DNA from: Macrostomum hystrix
Taxonomy: Eukaryota; Animalia; Platyhelminthes
DNA: 64,000 bases
Direction: 5' to 3'
NCBI GenBank assembly: GCA_950097015.1
Contig: CATNEN010000032.1
Span: forward strand, 62,001-126,000
Shown: positions 60,298 through 64,000 of the stretch, in pieces
Numbering within the stretch: the first letter of the stretch is position 1
Layout: each line of letters opens with the position of its first letter
Translations under genes and position numbers: made by a program
The notes under the pieces: model-generated
The model's input: the letters and a program-made list of their open reading frames with translations, nothing else
Databases searched by the model: none
Told to the model about the DNA's origin: nothing

Positions 60298-61019
60298 TAT
60301 CTGACACAAAAAAATGCTGGGACTGTCAATGTGCATTCATTGCTTTGACATTTTTCCCTCTGCATAAAACTAATGCTGGGACTGTCAATGTGCATTCATT
60401 GCTTTGACATTTTTCCCTCTGCATAAAACTAATGCTGGGATTGTCAATGTGCATTCATTGCTTTGACATTTTTCCCTCTGCATAAAACTAATGCTGGGAT
60501 TGTCAATGGGCATTCATTGCTTTGACATTTTTCCCTCTGCATAAAACTAATGCTGGGATTGTCAATGGGCATTCATTGCTTTGACATTTTTCCCTCTGCA
60601 TAAAACTAATGCTGGGATTGTCACTGTGCATTCATTGCTTTGACATTTTCCCTCTGCATAAAACTAATGCTGGGATTGTCAATGTGCATTCATTGCTTTG
60701 ACATTTTTCCCTCTGCATAAAACTAATGCTGGGATTGTCAATGGGCATTCATTGCTTTGACATTTTTCCCTCTGCATAAAACTAATGCTGGGATTGTCAA
60801 TGGGCATTCATTGCTTTGACATTTTCCCTCTGCATAAAACTAATGCTGGGATTGTCAATGGGCATTCATTGCTTTGACATTTTTCCCTCTGCATAAAACT
60901 AATGCTGGGATTGTCAATGTGCATTCATTGCTTTGACATTTTCCCTCTGCATAAAACTAATGCTGGGATTGTCAATGGGCATTCATTGCTTTGACATTTC
61001 CCTCTGCATTTGTCAGATA
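60298..61019. repeat. 59-bp tandem array (about 12 copies) bracketed by inverted TA-TCTGACA ... TGTCAGA-TA; possible MITE
   Basis: Period 59 (60372, 60431, 60490); terminal inverted 9-mers at 60298-60306 and 61011-61019. Confidence 0.8.
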
Positions 61020-62544
61020 AATTTTTCTTTCACGAACGTGACGCGCCTCATCGTGGCGTGAAAGTGAACAGTGCGCGTTTCAATCTTTTGCACTGGCCAA
61101 GACGTCACTACTAGTTAGTCTAGGTGTTTTACAACCTTCTGTACTGAATATCCACGAACCAATCACTTCATATATTTTATTCTATCTATTCACATTCTTT
61201 ATACCCAGAAATTTGCTGTTATACGAGCGTAGTAGACTCCCTCTCACAAAGTTGACCTATTTTGTCTTGTTTCCGGTACGTAAATCAAGAAATCAAAGCA
61301 ATGAACGCTACTTTTAGTTTAAGATTTAGTATCATTTGCGATTCAGCTCTCAATCTGCGTGTTCTCAATATAATTTCCTGCTTTCATTCATTTTTTCCCT
61401 ATGTTCCGTGGTGCACAACTGCTGGACTGGAGAACAATCGCACTCGGCACCAAAAGATGTAGTGGCACTTTTAGGCTTAAATACAGGTAAAAGATGCTTT
61501 TAATTACTTAAATTTGTGACTTATTTATTGAATTTTATATTCAAGTTCAATTCCCACCCTGCCAGGAAATGCGAACTGGACTCGACAGTTTAGATTATTC
61601 GGAGGCAGCCTTGCAAAAACAGTGGCGAAGCCTGTCTGTCACGAGCAGAAACCGTAGCCGGCCGTCAGTGTCGGCCACCTTCGCGATGCGCGGTTTCTCA
61701 ATGTACGACGGAAGATAATTGCATATTATGCACTGTCTGCAGCTACCCATCTAGCCGACTAGCGGGCCTGCCATCCCACCAATGCAGCGCTGGAATACTG
61801 AGTACTGGTTGCTAACTGCAAAGATACATGCTTCTCACCTTAATTTGATATTATTTTGCGCATTCTCAAGTCCGTGTACTCTGTACTTACCCCCTGTTGA
61901 GCAGTTATTGCAATATGCACATTTTTCTTATTTACGAGTAGCTAGTAAATATACAAATTGTACTTCGTCTTACTGCTTGCTAATAAATAAGTAGCTTACG
62001 AAATGCGCCCGATACCATCCCGTATAAAGCCAGTCTTAAATGGCGCATATTTTGTTACACCTACTGTGAGAAGCCTACTATGAAAGTGGTTGATAGTATA
62101 TAACGACGTGTTATTCTTTGGAAATTATATGCTTAACATATCGCCATTCCAGCATTAAAATAATTTTGTGTACAATTTGTTACTTAATAAAAAATTAATC
62201 AATTTTCGATATGTACAGCAAGCAAACCGATGCCTTAAGTACCCAAGTTCAGCCGACTGTACTTTTGAAAAAACAAGAAAGTGTTTCGTGTTTAAGATTT
62301 TAACAGTAACGGCATTGAGGTCGATTGCTGGTAATGTACTGTACGTATCGAGTACAATCGTAACAAGTAGCTCTACATGTACCTCAATCTCAGCAAAAAT
62401 TAGATTAATTGGATGTCAGTATAGAAGTGGATTTCTCATCTCAATCTGATACGAATTTAACGCCAAAAGCCCCATTGTCAGAACTCTGTTTCCTGAAGTG
62501 TAAGTGTAAATTAATTGTCATGATAGTCGAATTTAAGCAGTATG

Positions 62545-64000
62545 TATTCAACTCAGTGTAACCACTGATGAATCCGTAAATGTACCCCCGCTTCAACAGT
62601 TCAGATGGTCAACTATAAGCCGTATATATTCAACTCAGTGTAACCACTGATGAATCCGTAAATGTACCCCCACTTCAACAGTTCAGATAGTCAACTATAA
62701 GCCGTATATATTCAACTCAGTGTAACCACTGATGAATCCGTAAATGTACCCTCACTTCAACAGTTCAGATAGTCAACTATAAGCAGTATATATTCAACTC
62801 AGTGTAACCACTGATGAATCCGTAAATGTACCCTCACTTCAACAGTTCAGATAGTCAACTATAAGCCGTATATATTCAACTCAGTGTAACCACTGATGAA
62901 TCCGTAAATGTACCCCCACTTCAACAGTTCAGATAGTCAACTATAAGCCGTATATATTCAACTCAGTGTAACCACTGATGAATCCGTAAATGTACCCCCA
63001 CTTCAACAGTTCAGATAGTCAACTATAAGCCGTATATATTCAACTCAGTGTAACCACTGATGAATCCGTAAATGTACCCCCACTTCAACAGTTCAGATAG
63101 TCAACTATAAGCAGTATATATTCAACTCAGTGTAACCACTGATGAATCCGTAAATGTACCCCCACTTCAACAGTTCAGATAGTCAACTATAAGCCGTATA
63201 TATTCAACTCAGTGTAACCACTGATGAATCCGTAAATGTACCCCCACTTCAACAGTTCAGATAGTCAACTATAAGCAGTATATATTCAACTCAGTGTAAC
63301 CACTGATGAATCCGTAAATGTACCCCCACTTCAACAGTTCAGATAGTCAACTATAAGCCGTATATATTCAACTCAGTGCAACCACTGATGAATCCGTAAA
63401 TGTACCCCCACTTCAACAGTTCAGATAGTCAACTATAAGCCGTATATATTCAACTCAGTGTAATCACTGATGAATCCGTAAATGTACCCCCACTTCAACA
63501 GTTCAGATAGTCAACTATAAGCCGTATATATTCAACTCAGTGTAACCACTGATGAATCCGTAAATGTACCCCCACTTCAACAGTTCAGATAGTCAACTAT
63601 AAGCAGTATATATTCAACTCAGTGTAACCACTGATGAATCCGTAAATGTACCCCCACTTCAACAGTTCAGATAGTCAACTATAAGCACTATATATTCAAC
63701 TCAGTGTAACCACTGATGAATCCGTAAATGTACCCTCACTTCAACAGTTCAGATAGTCAACTATAAGCCGTATATATTCAACTCAGTGTAACCACTGATG
63801 AATCCGTAAATGTACCCCCACTTCAACAGTTCAGATAGTCAACTATAAGCCGTATATATTCAACTCAGTGTAACCACTGATGAATCCGTAAATGTACCCT
63901 CACTTCAACAGTTCAGATAGTCAACTATAAGCAGTATATATTCAACTCAGTGTAACCACTGATGAATCCGTAAATGTACCCTCACTTCAACAGTTCAGAT
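62545..64000. repeat. 82-bp satellite, about 18 copies, running off the window end
   Basis: CAACTCAGTG at 62549 and 62631; internal hairpin TCAGTG-TAAC-CACTGA. Confidence 0.97.

Noticed and set aside
61550-61810. GC-rich, Cys-rich frame that might be an exon
   Set aside because: No clear splice sites or recognisable domain in any frame.
53000-62500. Terminal inverted repeats or TSD delimiting the whole KDZ element
   Set aside because: I could not find a convincing matched pair by eye; boundaries are left undefined.

Overview
Eukaryotic (most likely invertebrate animal) genomic DNA with GT-AG introns and the standard code; the species cannot be determined from the sequence. Roughly half of the window is tandem repeat, so most long ORFs in the supplied track are repeat artefacts. 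Host genes supported: TM9SF1 (minus, 2 coding exons, two apparent 1-nt frameshifts), SPAG6 (minus, 6 coding exons, 508 aa), a divergently transcribed RING-CH/MARCH-like two-TM E3 ligase whose Zn-binding His is replaced by Cys, an orphan Cys-rich secreted protein, and an orphan Zn-finger-like exon. Mobile DNA: (1) a young BEL/Pao LTR retrotransposon with an in-frame deletion removing most of RNase H and the front of integrase, inserted in a minisatellite inside the TM9SF1 intron; (2) a 20.5-kb head-to-tail concatemer of non-autonomous Helitrons, made of 3 long satellite-carrying units and 15 short units with CTAG|TC junctions; (3) a spliced KDZ (Kyakuja-Dileera-Zisupton) transposase gene with a few lesions; (4) a mariner remnant; (5) a LINE 3' fragment; (6) two tRNA-derived SINE families; (7) a possible TA-flanked MITE built around a 59-bp array. 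The two most interesting systems are the Helitron concatemer/satellite incubator and the intron-containing KDZ transposase. All alignments were done by eye; no database searches were run.
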